In this document: positions 46,822 to 56,844 of the stretch, in pieces
Layout of the letters: each line of letters begins with the position of its first letter
Position numbering within the stretch: the first letter of the stretch is position 1
From: Candidatus Bathyarchaeia archaeon
Lineage (GTDB): Archaea; Thermoproteota; Bathyarchaeia; Bathyarchaeales; Bathycorpusculaceae
Assembly: GCA_038883775.1 (NCBI GenBank)
Contig: JAVZLM010000001.1
Span: 64,001-128,000 of the forward strand
Direction: 5' to 3'
Length of the DNA: 64,000 bases
The notes under the pieces: generated by a model
Seen by the model: the letters and a program-made list of their open reading frames with translations, nothing else
Told to the model about the DNA's origin: nothing
The model's database searches: none
Translations under genes and position numbers: made by a program

Positions 46822-46899
46822 TTACTTATATCTCGCCCTTCGTTTCTGGCGCTTCTTCTTCTGTTTCCGCATCCTTTTCTTTTTCCATTTAGCCCTTAT
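46822..46899 (-). CDS. rpl41e: Ribosomal protein eL41 (eS32), 25 aa
   Basis: Manual translation (ATA)RAKWKKKRMRKQKKKRQKRRARYK*; SD-like GGAGAGTG 6 nt upstream; alternative in-frame GTG at 46908. Confidence 0.85.
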   Translation of the reverse strand: MRAKWKKKRMRKQKKKRQKRRARYK

Positions 46900-46925
46900 A
46901 GGCGACACTCTCCATAATTTTAAGT

Positions 46926-47546
46926 CTACTCTATTGTTGCATGTCTACGCTTTAAATCCTCCTCGGTTCTCCCCATCCGATGCATTAACTCCACAATTAA
47001 GCTGTCTAAGAATACCATACAATTGTTTTCGAAGACGCTTCCCAGGGGAGTTAACGGTTCCCTTTCACCCATAATCTGCCTAGCTAAATAATCGTCTTCC
47101 CTTGGCCAGCCCATTTTTGTCCTTCCCTTAACAGTTACGACTAGGTCTGCCATTTGACCCAGTGGGGATTCGGGGAAGGATGTTATGGCGATTACTGTAG
47201 CGCCTATTTCTTTGGCTGCGGTGCTCGCTGTTAAAACCATTTTTGTGGCACCTGTTCCTGAAATGGCTATGAGGAGGTCTCCTTTTTCGGCTGCTGGCGT
47301 TATGGTTTCGCCTAGGAAGTAAACATTAAATCCTAAATTCATTAGGCGTAAGGCGAAGGCTCTGGCGACGAATCCGCTTCTTCCAATGCCTACAATAAAG
47401 ATTTTTTTATCTTTTGCTCCTATAAGAAGCTCTATTAACCGTTCAACTTCTTTCATGTTAAGTTCTTCAATACACCTTTTAATTCCTTCGATTATTTCTT
47501 CCGCCGCTGCCTTGAGCATCTCCAACTTTTTAGCCTCGAAACCCAT
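46926..47546 (-). CDS. hxlB: 6-phospho-3-hexuloisomerase (SIS domain)
   Basis: IFIVGIGRSG..ARAFALRLMNLG, GETITPA, ISGTG.T, PLGSVFE, RHATIE. Confidence 0.93.
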   Translation of the reverse strand: MGFEAKKLEMLKAAAEEIIEGIKRCIEELNMKEVERLIELLIGAKDKKIFIVGIGRSGFVARAFALRLMNLGFNVYFLGETITPAAEKGDLLIAISGTGATKMVLTASTAAKEIGATVIAITSFPESPLGQMADLVVTVKGRTKMGWPREDDYLARQIMGEREPLTPLGSVFENNCMVFLDSLIVELMHRMGRTEEDLKRRHATIE

Positions 47547-47576
47547 TAAATTGCGTCTGTATTAAAAGCCTTATGG

Positions 47577-48365
47577 TTAAATTGTGCCTTTCAAAAGCTG
47601 GTTTAATGATGGAATTGGGACGTATAGGCGTATGAAAATTGCTGTTACCAAAATTCCAATGGTTATGGCTATCAAAATAAAATCGTTTTTATGCATTTTT
47701 AAAACGTAAAGGTTTGTGCGTTTTTTGGTTGCTCCCCAAGCACGGGATTCCATGGCTTCTGCCAACTCGAGGCTTCTTCTGATTGCACTTACAATTAATG
47801 GTATGAGAATTGGAATATAATTCCTAATTCTTTTCAGAAAGTTTCCCCGCTCAAGTTCTAAACCCCTAGCCTTTTGTGCATCCATTATTGTCTGGGCTTC
47901 TTCGGCTAAAACTGGGACAAAACGCACGGCAGTTGTGAAGGCGAAGCAGAACTCGTAGGGCATTCCTGTCTGTTCTAGGGCTAAGCCCAAATGGTCTGGC
48001 GACGTTGTTAAGAAGAAGATTGAGAAAGATTCTATTAAGACTATGAAACGTAATGTTAGGGCAATGGCATTTTCTAGGCTTTCTGCTAATTCACGTCCTC
48101 CAAAATAGGCAACAGCAAAGTTTGTTATGAAAATTATTGTGGCTAAGAATGCGCCTCCACGCATTGAACGAAGCCATTCTCGTTTAACTCCAGCCAAAAC
48201 AACGAAGGGTATCTGTATGATAAAAAGCACAATTAGGGGTATGAGTTCCCAAAAGATTATTGCTATGACAAAAATTGCGAGGACGTAGATGAATTTTATT
48301 CTTGGGTCTAAATTGTGAATGGGCGAATAAACCCTTCTGAATTTTAATCCATCAAAAACGCTCAT
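47577..48365 (-). CDS. ecfT: ECF transporter transmembrane component T
   Basis: LDPRIK, AVRFVP, AQKARG, AMESRAW. Confidence 0.92.
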   Translation of the reverse strand: MSVFDGLKFRRVYSPIHNLDPRIKFIYVLAIFVIAIIFWELIPLIVLFIIQIPFVVLAGVKREWLRSMRGGAFLATIIFITNFAVAYFGGRELAESLENAIALTLRFIVLIESFSIFFLTTSPDHLGLALEQTGMPYEFCFAFTTAVRFVPVLAEEAQTIMDAQKARGLELERGNFLKRIRNYIPILIPLIVSAIRRSLELAEAMESRAWGATKKRTNLYVLKMHKNDFILIAITIGILVTAIFIRLYVPIPSLNQLLKGTI

Positions 48366-49186
48366 TTGATATCGCTCTCAAAAATTTTAAGCAGTATTTC
48401 CCTTGCTTCGTAAACGTCAATGACGTTTCTTGGCAGTTCCAGGCTTGGTATTTGCATGAAAATTTGGGCTATTTGAGGCGGAACTATGGATGCTCGAGTT
48501 AAAACTTCCTCGTTTGTTAGAATCTCTTTTGCTTCGCCGTCTGCAACAATTTTTCCTTCCCGCATTAGAACAACTCTTGGATTGCATTCAGCCACAAACT
48601 CCACATCATGCGTAACAATAATCACAGTTTTTCTCTGCGTTTTCAACTGCAAAATAAACTGTCTAAGCTTCTCTTTTTGTTGATAATCTTGCCCAATTGT
48701 CGGTTCGTCTAATATGAGTATTTTTGGGTTCCAAGCAAGAACCGAGGCAAGGGCTACCCGTTTTCTTTCTCCACCGCTTAGCATGAACGGCGAAGTTTTC
48801 TTGTATTGAGTTAACCCTAAAAGGTTGAGCGCCCATTGGACTCTGCGCTTTATGATTGATTCTTTGAAGCCGAAATTTTTTAATGCGAAGGCTATCTCCT
48901 CTTCCACTGTTTCGCAGAAAAGCTGATGATCTGGATTCTGGAAAACAAAGCCCACTTTTCTGGCTAGGGTTGCCACGCTAACTTTTGTTGTTTCAACATC
49001 ATCCACCAAAACCCTTCCTTTTGTTGGCTTCAGTAATCCATTAAAATGTTTAACGAGGGTTGTTTTTCCAGCGCCGTTCTGCCCCATTATGGCTACGAAT
49101 TCGCCGTTCTTGATTTTTAGGGACACGCCCTTTAATGCTTCTACGCCGTTTGGATATCTAAAATAGACGTCTTCCACTTCAATCAT
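48362..49186 (-). CDS. ecfA2: ECF transporter ATPase A'
   Basis: GQNGAGKTT, FQNPDHQLF, LSGGE, LDEPT. Confidence 0.92.
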   Translation of the reverse strand: MIEVEDVYFRYPNGVEALKGVSLKIKNGEFVAIMGQNGAGKTTLVKHFNGLLKPTKGRVLVDDVETTKVSVATLARKVGFVFQNPDHQLFCETVEEEIAFALKNFGFKESIIKRRVQWALNLLGLTQYKKTSPFMLSGGERKRVALASVLAWNPKILILDEPTIGQDYQQKEKLRQFILQLKTQRKTVIIVTHDVEFVAECNPRVVLMREGKIVADGEAKEILTNEEVLTRASIVPPQIAQIFMQIPSLELPRNVIDVYEAREILLKIFESDIK

Positions 49187-50033
49187 GAACTTTTAAAGCC
49201 TCCTTTAAGAGGTTTGCCATTTCATCAGAAGACAAAGGAATAGTATTGCCAAGCTTTACTCCATCCTTCCTTAGAATGTGGTATAGGCGTGTTGCCTTTG
49301 GAATTCCTATCCCAATAAGGCGAGCTTCTTCAGAACTTAAGATTTTATGGGGTTCGCCGTCCAAAACAACTTTTCCATCATCCATTACAATTATGTGATT
49401 GGTGTATCTTGCTGTCAAATCAAGTCTATGCTCGACAAGCACAACGGTTATTCCAAGCTTCTTATTCAATTCATAAATAACTTCAAAGATTTTCTTTGCA
49501 CTTAACGGGTCAAGGAAAGATGTGGGTTCGTCTAAAACCATAACCTCTGGCTGCATAGCTAATATGGAGGCTATGGCAACACGCTGTTGTTGTCCCCCAG
49601 AAAGTTCATGGGGCGCCCTTTCTCTCAAATCATATATGCCCGTGAGATTCAGCGCCCAATCCACCCTCTTTCTTATTTCTTCTCTTGGCACTCCAAGATT
49701 TTCAAGTCCGAAAGCAACATCCTTCTCCACTGAAAGAGCAAAAAGCTGGTTTTCAGGGTTTTGGAACACAAGCCCCACATGTTTTGCCATTTCATAAATC
49801 GGATTTTTGAGAACGTCTAATCCAGCGACTGTTATTTCTCCCTTTAATTCGCCTTGATAGAAATGGGGAATCAACCCATTGAAGCATCGACAGAGAGTTG
49901 TCTTTCCACAGCCGCTTGGACCAGTTATGAGGGCGAATTCGCCTTTCTCTATTTTTATGGAAACATCACTAATTGACGGTTTTGTTCCGCCCGGATAAGT
50001 GTATGTGAGGTTTTTTGTTTCAATCACTGACAT
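49179..50033 (-). CDS. ecfA1: ECF transporter ATPase A
   Basis: GPSGCGKTT, FQNPENQLF, LSGGQQQR, LDEPT. Confidence 0.92.
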   Translation of the reverse strand: MSVIETKNLTYTYPGGTKPSISDVSIKIEKGEFALITGPSGCGKTTLCRCFNGLIPHFYQGELKGEITVAGLDVLKNPIYEMAKHVGLVFQNPENQLFALSVEKDVAFGLENLGVPREEIRKRVDWALNLTGIYDLRERAPHELSGGQQQRVAIASILAMQPEVMVLDEPTSFLDPLSAKKIFEVIYELNKKLGITVVLVEHRLDLTARYTNHIIVMDDGKVVLDGEPHKILSSEEARLIGIGIPKATRLYHILRKDGVKLGNTIPLSSDEMANLLKEALKVHD

Positions 50034-50112
50034 GCTTGCTGTTCCTACCCATTTGTAAGCGGTATTTTTGGCTCATTTAAGAGTAGCTACTTAAATATGT
50101 TATACTAAAGTG

Positions 50113-51108
50113 CTATGCTGCGTTGGCTAACTTTTCTTTAAGAAGCCTTAAACATCGTTTAAGCCCAGTTTCAATATCTCCAACACCGTTCACGCCGGCG
50201 GCTGTGGAGTGTCCACCTCCCATGCCATGGAGATATTCGCCTAAGGGTTTGGCTATGTCTTTGCCTAAATGTATGCCTGCTTTCTCATGAAACTCGCGAA
50301 CACAGCGTAGGCTTATTTCGAGATTTTCATTTTTTTGTCCTGCCACCACAGCCACATGGGCGCCTAGGTCGATTATGGCTCTTGCTGCTGAAGCTTGGTA
50401 AGCGCTGACATGGGAGAAGGCAATTATCCATTCTCCAACCTTGAAAAGTTTGGCTCTTCTGCACGCTTTCAGTCTTGCAACTCTTTCGGAAAAGTCCATG
50501 GGCAAAGAAAGCAAAGATAATGTTTCTTGTGCGTTTACGCCTGCGTCAATGAGTTCTGCAATTGATTTTAGTGTCGACGAATTGGCTAATACGAAGTGGC
50601 GTGTGTCGAAAGCTATTCCCAAAAACAATGCTTTAGCCTCATTTGCTCCGGGTTTGATGCTCATTTCTTTAAAGAAATTGTATACGATTTCGCATGTGGA
50701 TGATGCTTCTTCATTGCTTATGCAGATTTTTGCCATTTGCTCTGTTTCTGGGTGGGCAGCATGATGGTCGATGACTATGAGAGGCGCCTTTAATGTTTTG
50801 ACTTTTTCAGCTAAATTATTAAGTTGTTGGATTGTGTTTGTGTCAAGCAAAACTATGATGTCTGCTTTTTCAATGTTGGCTTGGGCTTTAACTTCTATGG
50901 GAATATGTTTAAGGAGATGTTTTGATAGGCGGCTTATTCCTTGGGCTGCCACAATTTCAACTTCAACTTTCGGTTTTAAACTTCTTAATAGGCTTGCAAA
51001 GGCGTAGGCTGAGCAGATGGCATCTGGGTCAGCATTATGATGGCATAATAAAACAACAAGTTTGGCATCTATTTCTTCCAGAAGTTTCATTATTTTTGTG
51101 AATGACAC
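50113..51108 (-). CDS. DHH/DHHA1 family phosphoesterase (NrnA-like)
   Basis: HHNADPDA, LLDT, IDHH, GGGHSTAAG. Confidence 0.88.
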   Translation of the reverse strand: MSFTKIMKLLEEIDAKLVVLLCHHNADPDAICSAYAFASLLRSLKPKVEVEIVAAQGISRLSKHLLKHIPIEVKAQANIEKADIIVLLDTNTIQQLNNLAEKVKTLKAPLIVIDHHAAHPETEQMAKICISNEEASSTCEIVYNFFKEMSIKPGANEAKALFLGIAFDTRHFVLANSSTLKSIAELIDAGVNAQETLSLLSLPMDFSERVARLKACRRAKLFKVGEWIIAFSHVSAYQASAARAIIDLGAHVAVVAGQKNENLEISLRCVREFHEKAGIHLGKDIAKPLGEYLHGMGGGHSTAAGVNGVGDIETGLKRCLRLLKEKLANAA

Positions 51109-51401
51109 TTTAACGCCCTCAAATACTTATCAACGGAAGCAAACGCTTCCTTTACAGCTTCTTCCGCAAGTCCTTTCACATCAAAGTTCTTCATCAACGG
51201 CGACAAAACCACATCTATGTCTATTGTCACAGTCACGGGTTTTGTTCCTTCCACCTCAACGCTTATGTTTAGCGTTTCTATTCTTTTTAAGGAAACCTTG
51301 GATGTAACATATTCTCTAGCAGCATTTTCTGCAACAGTGCACAGTTCCTCAATTTGTTCGCTTGTTAACTCTGGTATTCCCAAATCTTCCAAAAGTTCCA
51401 C
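51090..51401 (-). CDS. DUF3194-like conserved archaeal protein
   Basis: GIPELTSEQIEELC..AE.AAR; typical neighbour of prefoldin beta. Confidence 0.7.
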   Translation of the reverse strand: MELLEDLGIPELTSEQIEELCTVAENAAREYVTSKVSLKRIETLNISVEVEGTKPVTVTIDIDVVLSPLMKNFDVKGLAEEAVKEAFASVDKYLRALKCHSQK

Positions 51402-51415
51402 CTAAACGGTTTCTA

Positions 51416-51787
51416 TTAAGGCTGGGATGGGGAAACTGGGCTTAAGTCTTGCTGAAGCTTTGTTTGCAAATCCTTTATTTGGCTGCGTAGGCGTTCTTCC
51501 TGTTTTCCTAAAACCGCCGCTCGAGTGTTAAAAAGCTCTTTCCGCTCATTCAAATCAGCCACCGTTTTGGCTTTTTCAGATTTCACCAAAAGCGAGCCAA
51601 TAGCCTTGTATATAACAGCATCATCACTCATTTTCTCTAATTCGCTCAAGGCTTGTTCAATTTCTGTTAATTCAATCTCCACTTGTTGCTTCTGAACAAG
51701 CACTGACTGGAGTGTTTGCTGAAGCTGCTGAAGCCTTAACAAGCGTTCTTGAACTTGGGGTGGAAGTTTCGAAATTTCGTCACTCAC
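51416..51787 (-). CDS. pfdB: Prefoldin beta subunit
   Basis: LPPQVQ, coiled coil with IYKAIGSLLVK hairpin. Confidence 0.93.
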   Translation of the reverse strand: MSDEISKLPPQVQERLLRLQQLQQTLQSVLVQKQQVEIELTEIEQALSELEKMSDDAVIYKAIGSLLVKSEKAKTVADLNERKELFNTRAAVLGKQEERLRSQIKDLQTKLQQDLSPVSPSQP

Positions 51788-51828
51788 TCTTTATCCTTCC
51801 ATTGCACATCATTAAGCCAAGCTATTAA

Positions 51829-52080
51829 TTAAGCATTTTCCAAAACTTCTAAAACATTCGCCACAGAGTTTATCCACCTTAAAAAAGCATTTAACGTAGC
51901 CCTCAAAGCCACGGTATCCCTAGCTTCAACCCTTAAAACCAAAAAATTTTCTTTACTTTCAATGTTTGCCTTTGAACGGGCGGTAGCTGGCTTTTTAACC
52001 TCTGGCTCCAAAGCCTTAAGGAATATGTCTAAATGCCTTTTTGAGGGAAATTTCAACCGAACAACAGCCTTTGCCTTCAT
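51829..52080 (-). CDS. pcc1: KEOPS complex subunit Pcc1
   Basis: ALEPE...EARDTVALRATLNAFLRW. Confidence 0.9.
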   Translation of the reverse strand: MKAKAVVRLKFPSKRHLDIFLKALEPEVKKPATARSKANIESKENFLVLRVEARDTVALRATLNAFLRWINSVANVLEVLENA

Positions 52081-52083
52081 TTT

Positions 52084-52653
52084 CTAACTCCATACTAAGT
52101 GTGATATCCAAATTTGTGGACCAATTTCAACCATTTCAGGTAGTAGCATGAAAGTGATGATTAAATTTTTTTGTGAACTGGTTTTAACTTGCATTACTGC
52201 ATCGTATCTTCTGTTAACGACTTCTTCTAATGAAAAAATTGGCAATGAGAAAAAGTTTGAAAGCGCCTTTTCAAGTTTCATAATTTCAACACCCTTGTTT
52301 GAAGAGGTTGCCATTGATATTGATTTAATTCTTCTTTCCCTCATCATTTCTCCAGCCAAATCTCTTCGAAATCTTGCATTGCGAATATAGATGGTTGGTG
52401 GAATTCTTTCCAGTCCTTCTGGCTTTGCATGGAAAAACTGTATTTTTCCAAGTCCAAATTTCCATCTTTCAATAATCATAACTTTTTCAGCTTTAAGCTC
52501 CATTGATTTTTCTGCTATTTCTTCCAGGCTTAGTTTGCCACGGTTTATTCGTATAGCAAAGGGGATGTTGTAGCTAATTTCTCTGCAAAGAGTTCTCATG
52601 TTTCTTGTTGGTCTTCTGGAAGTTGTTAACAGCAGAAGCTGCCTTTTAATCAA
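52084..52653 (-). CDS. Brix-domain ribosome biogenesis protein (aImp4)
   Basis: LTTSRRPTRNMRTL, INRGKLSLEE, EIGP. Confidence 0.88.
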   Translation of the reverse strand: MIKRQLLLLTTSRRPTRNMRTLCREISYNIPFAIRINRGKLSLEEIAEKSMELKAEKVMIIERWKFGLGKIQFFHAKPEGLERIPPTIYIRNARFRRDLAGEMMRERRIKSISMATSSNKGVEIMKLEKALSNFFSLPIFSLEEVVNRRYDAVMQVKTSSQKNLIITFMLLPEMVEIGPQIWISHLVWS

Positions 52654-52684
52654 TGTTTAAGTCACTCATAAACTAACAGGCGTA

Positions 52685-52978
52685 TTATTCGGTTTCTTCT
52701 GTTTCCAGCGCTGTCTCTTCTATGGGTACGCCTTTGGCAACTCTTTTCGCAACCGTTCCAAGCTTTGTTGTGGGCGTGTAAGCTCCACCGGTAAAGGTAA
52801 AACCGCATTTTCTACATTTCCAAACACCAACGCTTACCCTTTTAACCCGCGAAAATCCACATTGGGGACAAGCGTGAGGTTTCTTCATTTCCGTGATTAC
52901 TTTTATGTAACGTTTTCTGACTGTGGCGCCGTAACGGGCTCCTAAACCTCGGGTTGGTCCTACCTTTTTTGTTCCCAT
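52685..52978 (-). CDS. rpl37ae: Ribosomal protein L37ae (eL43)
   Basis: TKKVGP..GLGARYG, CPQC...GVWKCRKC..TFTGGAY. Confidence 0.96.
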   Translation of the reverse strand: MGTKKVGPTRGLGARYGATVRKRYIKVITEMKKPHACPQCGFSRVKRVSVGVWKCRKCGFTFTGGAYTPTTKLGTVAKRVAKGVPIEETALETEETE

Positions 52979-52985
52979 AGGGGTT

Positions 52986-53777
52986 TCACCATTTTAGTTT
53001 TTTGCGTATTTCTTCAGCTTTTTCTTTGGCGATGCTCGCTGCTTCTAAAACCTCTTTTGGTGTGAAGTATCCGCTGCCTCCTTTTTGTATTGCGCATATG
53101 TTGCCATCGTCATCTATCGCCATTGAAAGTCTAGCGTCCATCACTTGTTCCTCTTCTAACCATGGGTCTACAACAAGTTTGTCGCTTATTTTTGCAAAAG
53201 TAACCGTTATTGGATGCCTTCTTATTGGAAGCGGAATATATCCAGGCTTAATTTTAATTTCACCCTCTTTAACCTCATAGTTTGGCATTTTCGTGCTGAG
53301 CAAAGCCGCTACAGCAGCAAGAGCTGAAGCGTCTATCAAGTTTCCATCGTGATTAAGTACGTAAACGTCCACGAAAACAACGAAAACCTTCTTTCCAGGC
53401 TCTATGCATAATTTTTCCAAGTCAATAGCTTTAGATTCCCTTATTCCTCTGTCTACGATTCTGGCGAGTTCTATGGAATTTTCGTCTGGAGGTCCAGCCT
53501 CAAAGGTTGGTGAAGCCAAGGGCACCAGTTCAGCGTTTACGGTTAGGACACCTTCGTTTGGCGTGTCAGAGAAGGGTTCGCCTGTTTCAATTTTTGTTCC
53601 AACCATGACCTCTGTTTTTCCAAGCAAAACTCTCGCCGAGCCTTCAGCCTTTTCGATTATTCCCTGTTCCACTTTTATTTCGCGGTAATCAGTTAAACCT
53701 CTGCCATCTAACCGTTTTCCTCTGGAAATTAATTGTGCTATTTGTTTCTGTTTTACGCGGGTAACCATGGCTGACAT
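52986..53777 (-). CDS. rrp42: Exosome complex component Rrp42
   Basis: GKRLDGR, AEGSARV.LG.T, ELARIVDRGIRES, DGNLIDA. Confidence 0.96.
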   Translation of the reverse strand: MSAMVTRVKQKQIAQLISRGKRLDGRGLTDYREIKVEQGIIEKAEGSARVLLGKTEVMVGTKIETGEPFSDTPNEGVLTVNAELVPLASPTFEAGPPDENSIELARIVDRGIRESKAIDLEKLCIEPGKKVFVVFVDVYVLNHDGNLIDASALAAVAALLSTKMPNYEVKEGEIKIKPGYIPLPIRRHPITVTFAKISDKLVVDPWLEEEQVMDARLSMAIDDDGNICAIQKGGSGYFTPKEVLEAASIAKEKAEEIRKKLKW

Positions 53778-54511
53778 TATTCTTCAACCTCCTTTGCGCT
53801 CACATACTTAGATTTTAATGCTTCCTTCTGCAAAGTGTAGATTTTCTTGCAGCCTTCCAATGCCAAGTTAACAGCCTTTTCGAATTCTTCAAGGGTTAAT
53901 ATTCCATCCATCTGAAGCAGCGTTATGGCGTTTAAGTTTGGCATTAAAGCTAAGGGAACATCTGCCGTACCCATTTTGTCTTCTGCATCCATCAAATCCA
54001 AAATTATTGTGTCGTCAATTTTTCCAGCAGAGCAAGCCACAACCAAATCTCGCATGGGAACGCCCGCATCCGCTAATGCTAGGGATGCTGCCACTATGCT
54101 TGCGCATCTTGTGCTTCCGTCAGCCTGCAAAACTTCAATGAAAATGTCTAAGCCCGTTCTCGGGTAATATTCGAGGAAGATTGATGGTTCGAGGGCTTCC
54201 CTTATGACTTTTGAAAGTTCTATTTCCCTTCTTGATGGTGCTGGTGATTTTCTTTCTTGAACGGAGAATGGCGCCATGTGGTAACGACATCTTAGAACCA
54301 TTCTGTCTGGGAGTGCCATATGTTTTGGATGCAGTTCCTTTGGTCCGTAAACTGCGGCTAAAATTTTGTTTTTTCCCTGTTCTATGTAGGCTGAGCCGTC
54401 AGCGTTTGATAATACGCCTACTTCAAGTTTTATTGGTCTCAACTCGTCTGGTTTTCTTCCATCTAATCTTAAACCTTTTTTATCAATTAACTTTTCAGTT
54501 TTTTCACTCAT
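53777..54511 (-). CDS. rrp41: Exosome complex exonuclease Rrp41
   Basis: [31 protein letters not shown]. Confidence 0.96.
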   Translation of the reverse strand: MSEKTEKLIDKKGLRLDGRKPDELRPIKLEVGVLSNADGSAYIEQGKNKILAAVYGPKELHPKHMALPDRMVLRCRYHMAPFSVQERKSPAPSRREIELSKVIREALEPSIFLEYYPRTGLDIFIEVLQADGSTRCASIVAASLALADAGVPMRDLVVACSAGKIDDTIILDLMDAEDKMGTADVPLALMPNLNAITLLQMDGILTLEEFEKAVNLALEGCKKIYTLQKEALKSKYVSAKEVEE

Positions 54512-55211
54512 TTTTTTCCTTCCTTTTCGCTTTTTCCCCTCTTAACATTTGGGTTATACGGTCTGTTAAACCGCTCGTGTGGGATTCCTCCTCAATTTTA
54601 CGTATCGCCGTCATCGCCAATTCTTCATCTTCAAGAGTTTTTCCAGTGATTAGTATGACTCCGTTAAGTCCGAGGATTATTTGGCAGTTTGTCTCCTTTT
54701 TTATCATGGATATCATTGAGCCCTTTCTACCGATTACCCGTGGAATTTTTGTGGGAGTGATTCTCATTATTTGTCCACGGGTTATCTTTCCCAATCCTGG
54801 CTCGCCAACCGTTAGCTGGGGATCGTGGGCTCTGTCGTAGGCTGTTATTTTCGCCACTATAAGGTCTCCTATATCTAAATACTGGGAAAGCTCGTCTTGT
54901 TGTGGCTTAAAGGGTCTGCTTAGGACATCCGAAGCCCTTAAAATGGCTTGGTAGGGCGCATTTATGTCCACAGTCCAACCATTAAATCCTACTTCAACAA
55001 CTGTTCCTATGACTATGTCTCCAACCCTTGGAATGTAGAAGGCTCTTAAGGCTACCACATTCACTTTCTTATCTTCATATTCCACAATTCCAATACGTGT
55101 GGCGTAGATTTTCTTATCTTCTGCGTATGTGTTTTCTCCAGGGATGTAGTCTCCTTCGGCGATTAAATCTCCTGGAGTTACAAGTTGCCTATTTTCCAAA
55201 AATATTGGCAT
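54504..55211 (-). CDS. rrp4: Exosome RNA-binding cap protein Rrp4
   Basis: [16 protein letters not shown] (S1), [11 protein letters not shown] (KH). Confidence 0.95.
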   Translation of the reverse strand: MPIFLENRQLVTPGDLIAEGDYIPGENTYAEDKKIYATRIGIVEYEDKKVNVVALRAFYIPRVGDIVIGTVVEVGFNGWTVDINAPYQAILRASDVLSRPFKPQQDELSQYLDIGDLIVAKITAYDRAHDPQLTVGEPGLGKITRGQIMRITPTKIPRVIGRKGSMISMIKKETNCQIILGLNGVILITGKTLEDEELAMTAIRKIEEESHTSGLTDRITQMLRGEKAKRKEKNE

Positions 55212-55228
55212 GTTTCACCAAAACCTCG

Positions 55229-55918
55229 TTAAGAGATTATTTTTGCTTCTCCGTTTCCTTTTGTTATCTCTCCAAGTTTTTCTAGGAAAGGTCCATATAA
55301 GCCTGCTGGCATTTCAATGATTCCATACCATGAGCCGTCTGCTCGCCACTCCTCCTTTTTTATTGTTCCGAAGCCCTTTATCGTTCCGTAGGCTCTGGCG
55401 GAGTATTCTGCTGGTATTCGAACGCCAACGGATACTTGTTCCATTTTTAATGGCAAGATTTGTCGAAGCAGTTTAATTATTTCTTTTGCTTGCTCCTCTA
55501 CTGGTTTGAAGGGGTCTATTGGGTAGTGAACTTGTTCCATGGCGTTTTCTATTCGTGTTGGTGGATGGGGCAAGTTTGTTTTGGGGTCAACACATTGTCT
55601 TGATATGAAATCTATTATCTGCCTCCGCTTGTCCTCAATCATTTTTTTGCGCTGTTCCGTTGTCAGCTGTAGTGTTCCCTTTTTCAGTATAATTTCTGCT
55701 ATTTTGAGGGTTTCTGTTGTTCCGAAGGCTTTGCGGAGGCTTTCTTCTGAGACTTTTGTTCCTTTGTTTGCGTCTGAAAATATGGTTTCTGTAACTAAGA
55801 CTTCTGTTATTGCGGTTATTTTTCCCATGCGATAGTCTAACGCCTTTTGAGGCTTTACGAGAATTTCAAAGTGTTCGTTATCTTTTGTTATACGTGCAAC
55901 AGTGTATTTATCGCTCAT
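55229..55918 (-). CDS. Ribosome maturation factor SBDS/Sdo1
   Basis: FEILV.P, IFSDANKG, FGTT, VDPKTNLPHPPTRIE; ATG 55918 (ORF 55936). Confidence 0.95.
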   Translation of the reverse strand: MSDKYTVARITKDNEHFEILVKPQKALDYRMGKITAITEVLVTETIFSDANKGTKVSEESLRKAFGTTETLKIAEIILKKGTLQLTTEQRKKMIEDKRRQIIDFISRQCVDPKTNLPHPPTRIENAMEQVHYPIDPFKPVEEQAKEIIKLLRQILPLKMEQVSVGVRIPAEYSARAYGTIKGFGTIKKEEWRADGSWYGIIEMPAGLYGPFLEKLGEITKGNGEAKIIS

Positions 55919-55925
55919 CACCGTT

Positions 55926-56654
55926 TCACTTGCCAACGCCTAACTTTTTCATATACCCTTCAATTTTTTCGTCGCTTAGCATTTCCATTTTCTTTGTTGC
56001 TGAAGGAATTACTGCAATTTTTATTCTAGGCGGCAGTTGTCTCGCTTCTAAGGCTTTCACTAAACACTTTACAGCCAATTTCTCCGCCTCTTCAAGGCTC
56101 ATTTCTTCTCGGTACTCATCCTTCAATATGGCGAGAACGGTTTCTCTTCCTGCGCCTTGAGCCGTAGCCTTATACCCCCTATATGTGCCACTTGGATGGG
56201 TTCCAAACAAGCGGTTTCCAGTTTTATCAACTCCACCAAAGATTATGGAAACTCCGAAGGGTCTAACGCCAGCATGCTGCGTGTAAAGTTGTTTTATGTC
56301 GCAAATCCTTTTGGTAACAACTTCCGTGTCTATGGGTTCGTCATAGGTTAGCCTATTGCTTTGGGCGTATATGCGGGCTTGGTCTATAAGAATGCGGGCG
56401 TCCGAGCTTAAACCCACAATGGTTGCGCCTATATGCTCATCAACCTTAAAGATTTTCCATGAATATTCAGCCTCTTCAAGAGGTTCAACATTCTCTTCAG
56501 CTCCCAAAACAATTCCTTCAGAACACCTTATCCCCAAAATCGTGGCTCCACGGTTAACCAATTCCATAGCATATTCAACTTGAAAGAGCCTTCCGTCTGG
56601 TGAGAAAACGGTTATGGCACGGTCATAAGCGCCTGGTGCTGCAAACACAGACAT
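55926..56654 (-). CDS. psmA: Proteasome subunit alpha
   Basis: YDRAITVFSPDGRLFQVEYA, RPFGVS. Confidence 0.97.
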   Translation of the reverse strand: MSVFAAPGAYDRAITVFSPDGRLFQVEYAMELVNRGATILGIRCSEGIVLGAEENVEPLEEAEYSWKIFKVDEHIGATIVGLSSDARILIDQARIYAQSNRLTYDEPIDTEVVTKRICDIKQLYTQHAGVRPFGVSIIFGGVDKTGNRLFGTHPSGTYRGYKATAQGAGRETVLAILKDEYREEMSLEEAEKLAVKCLVKALEARQLPPRIKIAVIPSATKKMEMLSDEKIEGYMKKLGVGK

Positions 56655-56844
56655 TTAACATCAACCTCACAACACTTAACACATTTGCAGACTTTCATAT
56701 AACAACTAAACTAAAAACCTTTTCCTATTAAATCTCGCTTTTAGTTTACTCACTTAAAGAAGAATTATAAAACTCAAAACTATATTGACGCCTTCATAAG
56801 AGCTAAAAAGAGTAATAGCATAAAATTTGCAGAGGGGAAATTTG

